DNA of 37,683 bases. Source: a virus (Duplodnaviria > Caudoviricetes). The notes under the pieces were generated by a model that ran no database searches, had not been told where the DNA came from, and saw nothing but the letters and a program-made list of their open reading frames with translations. Of the stretch, positions 25,409 through 34,048 are shown in pieces. A program made the translations under genes and the position numbers. Each line of letters starts with the position of its first letter. The stretch's first letter is position 1. Location: positions 1 through 37,683 of IMG/VR virus record IMGVR_UViG_3300048848_000108. The stretch is one strand, 5' to 3'.

Positions 25409-26069
25409 CGCGCCAGATCCGCTGCACTTTGCTGCGATCAAACTTGAGTTCTTTTGCAGGATTGTACTGCTCGGCAACGACCTCTTGAGCCGTTCGCTTC
25501 ACTAGCTTCTTTACGAACGCCTTGCCAACCTCGCCTTCCCGATCGGGAAACGTCTCCACAACGACATGATCGCCGGGAACAGGCTCGCGGCCGCCGCAAT
25601 AGATAACTTCTCCGGGGTCATAGCGGGGAACCATGCTGTCGCTGAGAACGTGAAGAGCAAAGACATTTCGCATGTGAGCGATGCCTGGGGGCCGCCTCAC
25701 ATATCCGGCAACCTCGCCGTTGAACGTGAAGTCGCCATCGTCGCCGCCATATGAGACGCCCCTGATCTCAACATCCATCGGGCCGGTAGGAACGGGCGCG
25801 AAAGTGGATATGATCTCGGCATCCGCAAGAGCGTCCTCGCCCTCATAGACAAGTTCGCCTCGCATCAGAGCAAGCGGATTAACGCGCAGCACTTCTGCGA
25901 CCCGCACAAGGTTATCGGCGCTAGGTCCGTTAGTGCCGGACTCCCATTGCCCTACGGCGGCAACAGCAACGCCTAGCAGCTCGGAAACTTCCCTTTGCAC
26001 TAGACCTCGACGCTTTCGCGCGGTGCGGATTGCAGCGCCGATTTTTGCTGATCGCTCATTCTTAGCCAT
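25377..26069 (-). CDS. cI: CI-like repressor (XRE HTH plus S24 peptidase domain)
   Basis: IRTARKRRGLVQREVSELLGVAVAAVGQWESG HTH; VLSDSMVPRY (Ser) and AFVKKL (Lys); divergent from cro. Confidence 0.92.
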   Translation of the reverse strand: MAKNERSAKIGAAIRTARKRRGLVQREVSELLGVAVAAVGQWESGTNGPSADNLVRVAEVLRVNPLALMRGELVYEGEDALADAEIISTFAPVPTGPMDVEIRGVSYGGDDGDFTFNGEVAGYVRRPPGIAHMRNVFALHVLSDSMVPRYDPGEVIYCGGREPVPGDHVVVETFPDREGEVGKAFVKKLVKRTAQEVVAEQYNPAKELKFDRSKVQRIWRVIPLKELIGF

Positions 26070-26151
26070 GCTTATAACTGGCCTAGACTGTGAATTCGCG
26101 TCCATTAAATTTTGCCTTGCCAATTTTTGAAAGAATGCCTTATATCGGCGC
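26061..26151. promoter_or_regulatory. cI/cro switch region containing PR and operators
   Basis: TTGCCA-N17-TTATAT (26117-26145); GAAAG-AATGC-CTTAT operator (26129-26143); same layout as PL. Confidence 0.7.
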
Positions 26152-26349
26152 ATGACTCAGTTCGCGGATTCACTACAGAAAGCGGTCAAGGCTGTTGGCA
26201 GTGCCAGCGAGCTTGCGCGTCGGCTAGATATTACGCCTTCGGCTGTTCTGCAGTGGGATGAGGTGCCGCCGCTTCGGGTGCTCGACGTTGAGCGGGTGTC
26301 CGGAGTGTCGCGCCACGAACTGCGGCCGGATATGTATCCTGACAAATAA
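26152..26349 (+). CDS. cro: Cro-like (YdaS family) repressor
   Basis: AVGSASELARRLDITPSAVLQW..VPP.RV..VERVSGVSRHELRPDMY. Confidence 0.92.
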   Translation: MTQFADSLQKAVKAVGSASELARRLDITPSAVLQWDEVPPLRVLDVERVSGVSRHELRPDMYPDK

Positions 26350-26587
26350 CGGGCGCGTCCCGACGACTTCTGAATTTACCTGCGCGCTTTCCATTTTAGC
26401 GAGCGGGCGACGGCCGCCAACGTGATCTCGCCTCTTGTAGGTATGCTGACGCCGAAGCGCATCGATAGTCATTCCATCGGCTCCCCTTCGGGGTCGTTGT
26501 TAAGCTGAGAGCCAAGTTAGCGCGGGCCTACGCGGCATTCACTGAATCATTTCCGTCTAAAATTTCACCGATCCTACGGGGGTTTTC

Positions 26588-27061
26588 GTGCGTCCTTTTT
26601 CTGAGGGTGTTTACCAGTCGCTGACCGCTTCGGTTGCGGCTGCATATGAGCGCATCAACGGCGTCTCTAAGCTTGTCGGCCGCACAAGGCCCAAGCTTGC
26701 GACTTTGAGCAAGTACGGTTCCGACAGCGAGCAGAACGAAGATATCGTTATGCCGATCGATGTTGCGATCGACCTTGATAAGGCTGTCGGCCGTCCGATC
26801 GTCACTGCCAAGATGGCAGAAGCACTTGGCTATGACCTGGTCCCAAAGATGACTGTGACGCGCATCGGCCGGAAGTTGTCTGAAGGGCATGTAATGGACG
26901 TGATGGAGGAAGCCATGGACTTCGTCCGCGCCCTTCGTGATGCGATAGCGGACGATAAGGTTTGCCAGACTGATCGGATGCGCATCGAGCGCGAGTGGTA
27001 CGACCTACGGCAAGAGGTTGATGAAGCGCTGATCAACGCCGGGGTCTATGAGCCATGCTAA
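26588..27061 (+). CDS. CII-like phage regulatory protein
   Basis: TLSKYGS...MPIDVAIDLDKAVGRP...ALRDAIADDKV motifs; downstream of cro. Confidence 0.65.
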   Translation: MRPFSEGVYQSLTASVAAAYERINGVSKLVGRTRPKLATLSKYGSDSEQNEDIVMPIDVAIDLDKAVGRPIVTAKMAEALGYDLVPKMTVTRIGRKLSEGHVMDVMEEAMDFVRALRDAIADDKVCQTDRMRIEREWYDLRQEVDEALINAGVYEPC

Positions 27062-27315
27062 GTCCCAAAGAGAAAGACTTCATTCCCGGCATGATTATCA
27101 CCGTCCCGATTGCGGATAGTGACCGGGCGTTCCTGCGGATGCTTCGGCGGGTTGCCGGCGGGCGTATGCAGCTCGTCACTTTGGCGCATCGGAAGAGCGC
27201 TGAAGCATGCGAGGCGGCGGGCTATGTCCGGATCTCGGGCGGGTGTCGCTGCACAGTGGTTGCGATCACGACTCGCGGGCAAACCTACCTCGATCGTCTG
27301 GCGAGGGCCCATTGA
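27055..27315 (+). CDS. Hypothetical protein, possible winged helix (86 aa)
   Basis: Coupled overlaps on both sides; ACEAAGYV...ITTRGQTYL motif. Confidence 0.6.
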   Translation: MLSPKEKDFIPGMIITVPIADSDRAFLRMLRRVAGGRMQLVTLAHRKSAEACEAAGYVRISGGCRCTVVAITTRGQTYLDRLARAH

Positions 27316-28733
27316 TGAATATGGTTGTCCAACCTCCCGCTGCTTTGGAGCGCTTTGACGCGTCCTCGCTCATGGGCCGGATCGATCAAGCGCAGCAACT
27401 CTTTGCTGCCGGCGATCTGCGCGCGGCCCTCTTCATGTCCGAAGGGGCGTATGATGAGGCAAAAGCGGCGCATGTGTTCGCGGCACGAATGAAGCTTAGC
27501 GAAGGCGTGATCTCGACGGCTCACGCAATGGTCGTCGAGGCTTTGGAGATTGGAAGCCTCGCAAAGGTCGCTCTCGCGAACGAATACGATCAGGCGCAAG
27601 CTGCCGGATTGGTCGCGAAAAAAGGCCGGCCTAAAAATGTCGCCGGCGAGGACATTTTACAGATTTCGGCTTTCGGCCTCGATCGCCGGGTGATCCTCGA
27701 CGCTCGCAAGCTTCGGGATGCCGAGCTTGCCAGTCCCGGCGTGATCGGCCGGACGATCGCGGACATATCGGCAAGGGGCATGCTGCCGACGAAAAGCAAC
27801 CTGCGTACCGCGATCGGGACGGTCTCGGCCGGCAAGGAAGCGCGCGGGCATAACTTTTATCAGACGCCCGATGCTGCGACGTTGACACTGCTTGCGCATG
27901 AAAGCTTCACCTCGACGATATGGGAACCGGCTTGCGGGCATGCGGCGATCTCGCGCGTATTGGAGCGGAAGGGCTATAGCGTCGTTCTCTCCGACATCGA
28001 GGACCGCGGAACTGTATCAGCGGCCGGCGTCCCGCAGTCGGTGGGTGACTTCCTACAAAGCTCCCGCGTCGTTGATGCGGATGAAGATGAGGCCGGCGAC
28101 GGGCCGGATATCGTCACTAACCCGCCCTATGGCGAGTCGCTTAACGCGTTTGTAGCGCATGCGCTTCGCATCCATCGTCCACGCAAGCTGGCCTTGCTGT
28201 TGAACCTCAATTTTCTAGCCGGCTTTGCTGACGACGATCGCAGCTTTGTCATGGACGAATGCCCGCCGGCGCGCGTGTACGTTTTCAAGCGCCGGCTCCC
28301 GATGATGCACCGTGAAGGCTATGACGGGCCGAAGGCATCGAGCCGGATGAATACCGCGTGGTTTGTTTGGGATCTGCAATCTGATGGCACCTACGGCCAA
28401 ACGACGACGATGCGGCGTGTTGATTGGGCTGACTACCTCGACAGCGATTCATTGGAGCCGGGCGAGGGTGGGCACGGCGGCGTTGACTTCGACGATGCGC
28501 CACGAAAGACGCCGCGCCGCGAGCTGCATGAGCGGATCGAGGCCGAGCGGAATCGAGCTGCAAAATGGATAGTCGGCCGCACCAGCTTCAGCCGCGCCGA
28601 AATGTGTTCCGGCCTCGGCGTCCGCGACACAACGATCGAAGGCGTGATTGCCGAGCTGGTCGCGGCGGGCGTCGTCTCGGCGGCTGATACCTCCGGCCGC
28701 CTGGGCCGTCACACGGTTCTAGGTGGTGTGTGA
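27315..28733 (+). CDS. Multidomain amino-DNA methyltransferase-like protein
   Basis: IWEPACGHAAIS (motif I) followed by DIVTNPPY (motif IV); extra N-terminal helical domain and C-terminal wHTH-like domain. Confidence 0.8.
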   Translation: MNMVVQPPAALERFDASSLMGRIDQAQQLFAAGDLRAALFMSEGAYDEAKAAHVFAARMKLSEGVISTAHAMVVEALEIGSLAKVALANEYDQAQAAGLVAKKGRPKNVAGEDILQISAFGLDRRVILDARKLRDAELASPGVIGRTIADISARGMLPTKSNLRTAIGTVSAGKEARGHNFYQTPDAATLTLLAHESFTSTIWEPACGHAAISRVLERKGYSVVLSDIEDRGTVSAAGVPQSVGDFLQSSRVVDADEDEAGDGPDIVTNPPYGESLNAFVAHALRIHRPRKLALLLNLNFLAGFADDDRSFVMDECPPARVYVFKRRLPMMHREGYDGPKASSRMNTAWFVWDLQSDGTYGQTTTMRRVDWADYLDSDSLEPGEGGHGGVDFDDAPRKTPRRELHERIEAERNRAAKWIVGRTSFSRAEMCSGLGVRDTTIEGVIAELVAAGVVSAADTSGRLGRHTVLGGV

Positions 28734-29263
28734 TGTCCGGATCGGTTGACGAAAAGAGAGAGCTAGAGCGGCTTAAGGGTTTGGCTGATCGGCTGCGCGG
28801 CGATCGCTGGACGGTCGAGCGGGATGATGCCGGAACCTACCTGATTAGCATCCGCGCCACGGGCGAAACCGCGATCCTAGCCACGTTTCATGACGAGATC
28901 CTGCGGCATGAGATGGATCTGATTGCATCGGCTGTTTCGCTGCTCTTCCGGTTCTTCAATATGTTTGACCGGGCTTGCGCCAAGGTTCGCCAGCTCGAAA
29001 GCCTGCTCGATCGGCGCGAGGCAGATAAGCGCAACGGCGATTACACCACTCAAGCATCTATCCTTCTTTCGGACCTGTCTTTTTGGCGGTTCCTCGAAAC
29101 TCGCGGGGCGGGCGGCCCGGTGCGGGACAAGGTGGCCGCCGATACGCGCCTCAAGAGCGTGCTGGCGATCCAATCAAAGAAACAGCTCAACAGCGATGAC
29201 GCCGCAAAGCGCGGGTGGTTGAGCCTTCATCGCGATTTCAAAAGCTGGAAGGCAGGGGGTTAA
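28730..29263 (+). CDS. Hypothetical protein (177 aa)
   Basis: Coupled in the early-right operon; FWRFL...ADTRLKSVLAIQSKKQLN C-terminal motif. Confidence 0.7.
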   Translation: MMSGSVDEKRELERLKGLADRLRGDRWTVERDDAGTYLISIRATGETAILATFHDEILRHEMDLIASAVSLLFRFFNMFDRACAKVRQLESLLDRREADKRNGDYTTQASILLSDLSFWRFLETRGAGGPVRDKVAADTRLKSVLAIQSKKQLNSDDAAKRGWLSLHRDFKSWKAGG

Positions 29264-29270
29264 GGCCACA

Positions 29271-30410
29271 ATGGCGGAAAAGGAAAGACCTGTGCAGTCG
29301 CGTGTCTGGCGGTGGCGTCGGGCGATCGGGGAATCCGATCTGCCGGCAACCGCTAGGGACGTGTTGCGCGTCCTATCTGAATTTATGGACCGGGACGGCG
29401 GCAGCTGCTTCCCGACGATCGCGGACCTGTCGAAAAAGAGTGGCCGGGACCGCAAGACGATTTCGCGCGCGCTGCGGCGGGCGGCTGACGATGGCTGGCT
29501 TGAGATCCAGAACGGGATTTTCTCGGGCCAGCGCTGGCGAAACCAATCCTATGTTGTTTGCTTTCCGGAGGAACGAAAGGTGGGGGAATTGCGGTCTGAA
29601 GCTGGGGGCGCTTTACCCCATGAGCTGGGGGAGCCATGCCCCCAAGATAATACCTCTCCAATAAACTCTCCAAATAACTCTCCAGAAAACGCGGGTGCGC
29701 GGGCGCTCACTCGTGCCGATAGACAGAGGATCGGCCGCGAGTTTTTGATGTGGTTGCCGACTTGGCCGAAGTATGCCGATTACAGCGATGCGACGGCTAG
29801 GCGAGAGTGGTTCATGCTTTCGGCTGATGAGCGCAAAGCATGCATCGCGTTGACGCCGGCGTATGTCCGCCAGTTCGGCAAGAAGCGCTCAAGTCCGGGT
29901 GACTACCTGAAAGATCGGGCTTGGGAAGGGTTGCCCTTGTCGGCCGTCGAGGCTCGCCCGGAAAAGATCGAGGCTAAATCGTTCTCGCCTCTGTGGATGG
30001 TCGGGCGCTTCTGGCTCCTATCGCAGCCGCCGACAGGGCAGGTTGCTTTCACGAAATTCGATAACGACCGGATCGAAGCGGGGCTAAAATCCCGTGATGA
30101 GCTTTTGCGGGAAAAGCTCACGGTCAATGGCTGGCCTTCGGTCAATGCCATGACGGCGGCCATGCGTGGCGGCCATCCCTTCCCCTTGCCGGCGGCGCTT
30201 GAGGAATTTTGCGGGGAAATGAGATCGGTGAAGAAAGGTAGCGATTTGTTCGATGCCTGGGGCCGGCTGCACGGGCGGCGCGGTTGGCCCTTCTTCACCT
30301 TCTCCCCGAACTACGTGCCGTTTCCATCCGTCGATTTGGAAACCGCTGATCTCGACGCGGCCTGTGAGGCTGCACTGACTGATTTTTTGAAGCTCCTTTG
30401 CAAGGTTTGA
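29271..30410 (+). CDS. Phage lytic replication initiator (N-terminal HTH, lambda O-like position)
   Basis: CFPTIADLSKKSGRDRKTISRALRRAADDGWL HTH; internal repeat-rich linker at 29578-29690. Confidence 0.75.
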   Translation: MAEKERPVQSRVWRWRRAIGESDLPATARDVLRVLSEFMDRDGGSCFPTIADLSKKSGRDRKTISRALRRAADDGWLEIQNGIFSGQRWRNQSYVVCFPEERKVGELRSEAGGALPHELGEPCPQDNTSPINSPNNSPENAGARALTRADRQRIGREFLMWLPTWPKYADYSDATARREWFMLSADERKACIALTPAYVRQFGKKRSSPGDYLKDRAWEGLPLSAVEARPEKIEAKSFSPLWMVGRFWLLSQPPTGQVAFTKFDNDRIEAGLKSRDELLREKLTVNGWPSVNAMTAAMRGGHPFPLPAALEEFCGEMRSVKKGSDLFDAWGRLHGRRGWPFFTFSPNYVPFPSVDLETADLDAACEAALTDFLKLLCKV

Positions 30411-30416
30411 AAGACG

Positions 30417-31103
30417 ATGACGGGGATTAAGAACGTGAAGAAGCGGGCGGGGGCCTGCGAGGTGGAGGCGGCCGAGCCGTCGCAATGGCAGCGTGAGCGC
30501 GTGACGCGTCAACAGCGGCTATACCGGGCAAAGCTCGCGCCCGCCTCGGCCGAGCTGGTCAATCAGCGTCCGGATGACGCCCGCTGGTATTGCTTGATTG
30601 TCGTCGATGGCAGTGAGCTTTCTGTGGATAGCCGCTTGTCGGATGCGGGCGTTGAGGCGTTGGTGCCGCGTGAAAAGCGCAGCATCTTGCGCAAGCAAAA
30701 GAAGGGTGAGCCCGGCAAGCTTATCGAGGTCGAGCGCGCATGTTTCGAGGGCTATGTGTTCGTCCGGATCTTGCCTTCACCGTTGGCCTTTATGCGGCTT
30801 CGGGAGGTCAAAGGTGTACTTGAGTTCCTGCGGGCCGGCGAGCGCTATCATGTTGTTCGCAGTCGGGATCTTGGCTTCTATCGTGGTGCCTTTACTGGTC
30901 TGAATACCGAACGGATGAAGTCCGATAAGACGATCGGTGACGGTACTAAGGTTCTCGTGAAGTTCGGCCCATTCTCGGGCGTTGAAGGTGTGGTGCTACA
31001 GGTTAGCAAGCCAGCTTCACGCGACCCGGTGGCGCGGATTTGGAGCGCGCTCTATGGCAAGGAAATCAAGAACGTTCCTCTTGCGCATCTCGAAAGATTG
31101 TGA
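30417..31103 (+). CDS. NusG-family (NGN plus KOW) transcription antiterminator
   Basis: RWYCLIV...L..AGVEALVP...FEGYVFV...VKGV NGN domain; GTKVLVKFGPFSGVEGVV KOW motif. Confidence 0.9.
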   Translation: MTGIKNVKKRAGACEVEAAEPSQWQRERVTRQQRLYRAKLAPASAELVNQRPDDARWYCLIVVDGSELSVDSRLSDAGVEALVPREKRSILRKQKKGEPGKLIEVERACFEGYVFVRILPSPLAFMRLREVKGVLEFLRAGERYHVVRSRDLGFYRGAFTGLNTERMKSDKTIGDGTKVLVKFGPFSGVEGVVLQVSKPASRDPVARIWSALYGKEIKNVPLAHLERL

Positions 31104-31264
31104 GAGTCGTTAGTCAACGGCCACTTCAGAGTCGCTACACCCTCCGATGCCAGCGCTAGACGCTGCCAGAGTTGACCGACAGGTTACAGGGCTAAGGCGA
31201 TCTGAAACCCAACCTTGCCAGTCTCGCGAGAGACATCGAGCCAAGGCCAGTGCGACAGCTATGC

Positions 31265-31293
31265 AAAGGCGACCCTAACCCGGTCGCCTTTTC
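31265..31293 (+). terminator. Intrinsic terminator in the late-operon leader
   Basis: AAAGGCGACC-CTAACCC-GGTCGCCTTTT, just upstream of the HNH ATG. Confidence 0.75.
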
Positions 31294-31305
31294 GCGTTTC
31301 AGGTT

Positions 31306-31629
31306 ATGGGCAATCAACGATCGGAAGCGGCGCAAGAATATACGCGCTGGTATTGGACGGCACGATGGAAGCGCATACGCCGCGACCAGCTGATAGCCGA
31401 GCCGGTATGTCGCTATTGCCGACAGCAAGGCCGGCGAACAGCGGCGACAGTCTGCGACCATGTCGAGCGCCACAACGGCAACCCGGACAAGTTCTGGAAT
31501 GGGCCATTTCAGTCGTTGTGCAAGACGCATCACGACGCAACGAAGCAAGCCGAAGAGCGTCGGGGCTTCTCAACCGCTAGCGGCCTCGACGGTTGGCCGA
31601 TCGACCCCCGACATCCCGCGAACCGATGA
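31306..31629 (+). CDS. HNH endonuclease (terminase cofactor, HK97 gp74-like)
   Basis: RWKRIR...EPVCRYC...VCDHVERHNG...QSLCKTHHD; lies directly before terS. Confidence 0.92.
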   Translation: MGNQRSEAAQEYTRWYWTARWKRIRRDQLIAEPVCRYCRQQGRRTAATVCDHVERHNGNPDKFWNGPFQSLCKTHHDATKQAEERRGFSTASGLDGWPIDPRHPANR

Positions 31630-31776
31630 CCCCGACCCCGATGTGACCGAAATGTCACACGGCAGGGGGGTGGGTCGGATCTCTGGACCCCCTCGGACCC
31701 TACACCGGTGCCATCCCTTTCCTTGTAGAGAGCTGGAATTGGAGGGAAAAAGCCACTCTTTTCAGGGGTATAGCAG

Positions 31777-32247
31777 ATGAAAGGCCGAAAGCCTTCCACC
31801 GATAACGTTGTCCCGATGACGGACGACGAGGGGGGCGGCGGCGCGAATTTCGACGCTCGCGGACGACAGCGAGCAAGAGAGCTGAAACCGGATGACCTCC
31901 CATTCACGGTTTCGGCAATCTGGGATCGGATCGCGCCGCCGCTTTGTGACCCTCGCAAAAACCGGCTCAACGAAACCAATGTTTTTATGTTCGAACAGCT
32001 TTGCTGGACGATCGAGCGGCACGAAAAACTGCGCCTCGATGTTCGCGAGGGCGGCGAGACTTACGAAAGTAAGACGCGAAACGGCGACCAGCAAAAGAGC
32101 AGGCCGGAAGTCAGCCAGCTCAACGAAACGTGGCGTCAAATCAGGGCGCTTGCCAGTGACTTCGGTATGACGCCATCGGCCGAACGCGGTCTTTCTGGCG
32201 CCGGACAGATGGGATTTGATTTCAAGGGCAATGACGGTTTCGATTGA
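31777..32247 (+). CDS. terS: Terminase small subunit (P27-like)
   Basis: MKGRKP start; KSRPEV...ASDFGMTPSAERGL motif. Confidence 0.88.
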   Translation: MKGRKPSTDNVVPMTDDEGGGGANFDARGRQRARELKPDDLPFTVSAIWDRIAPPLCDPRKNRLNETNVFMFEQLCWTIERHEKLRLDVREGGETYESKTRNGDQQKSRPEVSQLNETWRQIRALASDFGMTPSAERGLSGAGQMGFDFKGNDGFD

Positions 32248-34048
32248 TGTTGAACTGCCGGATGTCTCCTATGAGGAAGATCCGGTAACGGCCTGGGCAA
32301 TCGATGTCCTGCGGGGCGCGGTCATCGCCGGCCCTCATATCCGGAATACATGCCGCCGCCAGCTGCTGGACCTTGTCCACGGTCCCGAGCGGGGTTTGAT
32401 ATGGGATGTTGCGGAAGCAAATCGCCGTATTCATTGGTTCCAGACAAAGCTTTTCCTAAACGGCGGCCAATTCGAGGGCCGCCGGTTTATGCTCCATCCC
32501 AGCCAAGCTTTCCGCGTGGGGGCGCTGTTTGGTTGGAAGTGGGCCGATACCGGCCTTCGTCGTTTTAGGCGTTTCTACGACGAAGAAGGCAAGGGCAACG
32601 GTAAGTCGCCTTTGCTGGCCGGTATCGGCATCAACATGATGGTTGCCGACAATGAGCCGAGCGCGGAGATCTACGCGGCTGCGGCTAAAAAGGACCAAGC
32701 GCAAGTTCTGTTTCGAGACGCGGTTGCCATGCGGCGGCAATCTCCCGAGCTTGCCAAGAGGATCATCACATCCGGCATAAATCCGGTCTGGCAGCTCACC
32801 TACAAGGCGAGGGGCGGCGACGAACGGTTCTTTAAACCGATATCATCTGACGCTGCACAGTCCGGCCCGCGTCCTCACGGGGCTCTCTGCGATGAGGTGC
32901 ATGAGCATCCTAACCGGGATGTCATGGAGTTGTTGGAGCGTGGGTTTAAGTTTCGTCGTCAGCCATTGCTTGTCATGGCGACGAACTCCGGCACAAGTCG
33001 AGAGTCGGTGTGTTGGGAAGAGCATCAGCATGCGGTGAACGTCGCAGCGGGTGTTACCGAAGATGACACAACGTTCTCGTTTGTCTGCTCCCTCGACGAA
33101 GGCGACGACTGGGAGAATGATCCTTCGTGTTGGGTGAAGGCTAACCCTTTGCTCGATGTCACGGTGACAAGTGTCTATCTGCAAGGCGTCGTCAACCAAG
33201 CGAAGATGATGCCCGGCAAGCGCAACACCATTGCTCGGCTGCACTTCTGCGAATGGACGCAATCGGTCAACGCCGCTATCCGCCGCGAGGCTTGGATGGC
33301 CTGTCAAAAGCCGATCGATGTCGAAGAGCTTGTGAAAGGTGGTTATCGCTGCTTTGGCGGCCTCGATCTTTCCAGAACCCGCGATTTCACGGCTTTCACA
33401 CTCACTTGGGTGATTGATGAGACGAAAGATGCGGAGAAATTCGTATCAAAAACGTGGTTTTGGACGCCGAAAGACACGCTGAAAGAGCGGGCGAACAAAG
33501 ATCAGGCCCCTTATGACGTTTGGGCCGAGCAAGGTTTCATCGAAGCTATTCCCGGCTCACGGCTGAAATATTCGTGGTTGGCGAAGGCTATCGCGGAAAT
33601 ATGCGCCTGGGCCGAGCCTGAAGACATTGGCGGCGACCAATATGGCATCGAGCAGCTGCAAGAGCATTTGCAGGATGACGGTGTCTATCTTCCTATCACG
33701 ATCCATCCGCAGGGGTTCCAAAAACGCATCCTCGATCGCGACAAGGAAGCTGCGGACGGTGATCAGGAAATCTACTTGTGGATGCCTCACAGCATCAACA
33801 TGCTGGAAAACGCGCTCTACGAAGAGCGCATGCAGATCGACCCTAACCCGATGCTCGATCGCTGCGCGGCAAGCGTCGTCTTTGCGGAAAACCGCACGGG
33901 ACATCGCATGTTCGACAAGGAAAACGCCCACGGGCGCATCGACGGCATGGTGTCCAAGGCCATGTCAGTCGGGGTCGCGCTTTGCCGCTCCCGGCCTGAA
34001 GAAATCTCCCCTTGGGATGATCCAAACTACAAACATAGGGCGGCCTAA
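32231..34048 (+). CDS. terL: Terminase large subunit
   Basis: RRFR..Y, GKGNGKS Walker A, LCDEVHEH Walker B, GLDLS and RIDG nuclease motifs. Confidence 0.96.
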   Translation: MTVSIDVELPDVSYEEDPVTAWAIDVLRGAVIAGPHIRNTCRRQLLDLVHGPERGLIWDVAEANRRIHWFQTKLFLNGGQFEGRRFMLHPSQAFRVGALFGWKWADTGLRRFRRFYDEEGKGNGKSPLLAGIGINMMVADNEPSAEIYAAAAKKDQAQVLFRDAVAMRRQSPELAKRIITSGINPVWQLTYKARGGDERFFKPISSDAAQSGPRPHGALCDEVHEHPNRDVMELLERGFKFRRQPLLVMATNSGTSRESVCWEEHQHAVNVAAGVTEDDTTFSFVCSLDEGDDWENDPSCWVKANPLLDVTVTSVYLQGVVNQAKMMPGKRNTIARLHFCEWTQSVNAAIRREAWMACQKPIDVEELVKGGYRCFGGLDLSRTRDFTAFTLTWVIDETKDAEKFVSKTWFWTPKDTLKERANKDQAPYDVWAEQGFIEAIPGSRLKYSWLAKAIAEICAWAEPEDIGGDQYGIEQLQEHLQDDGVYLPITIHPQGFQKRILDRDKEAADGDQEIYLWMPHSINMLENALYEERMQIDPNPMLDRCAASVVFAENRTGHRMFDKENAHGRIDGMVSKAMSVGVALCRSRPEEISPWDDPNYKHRAA

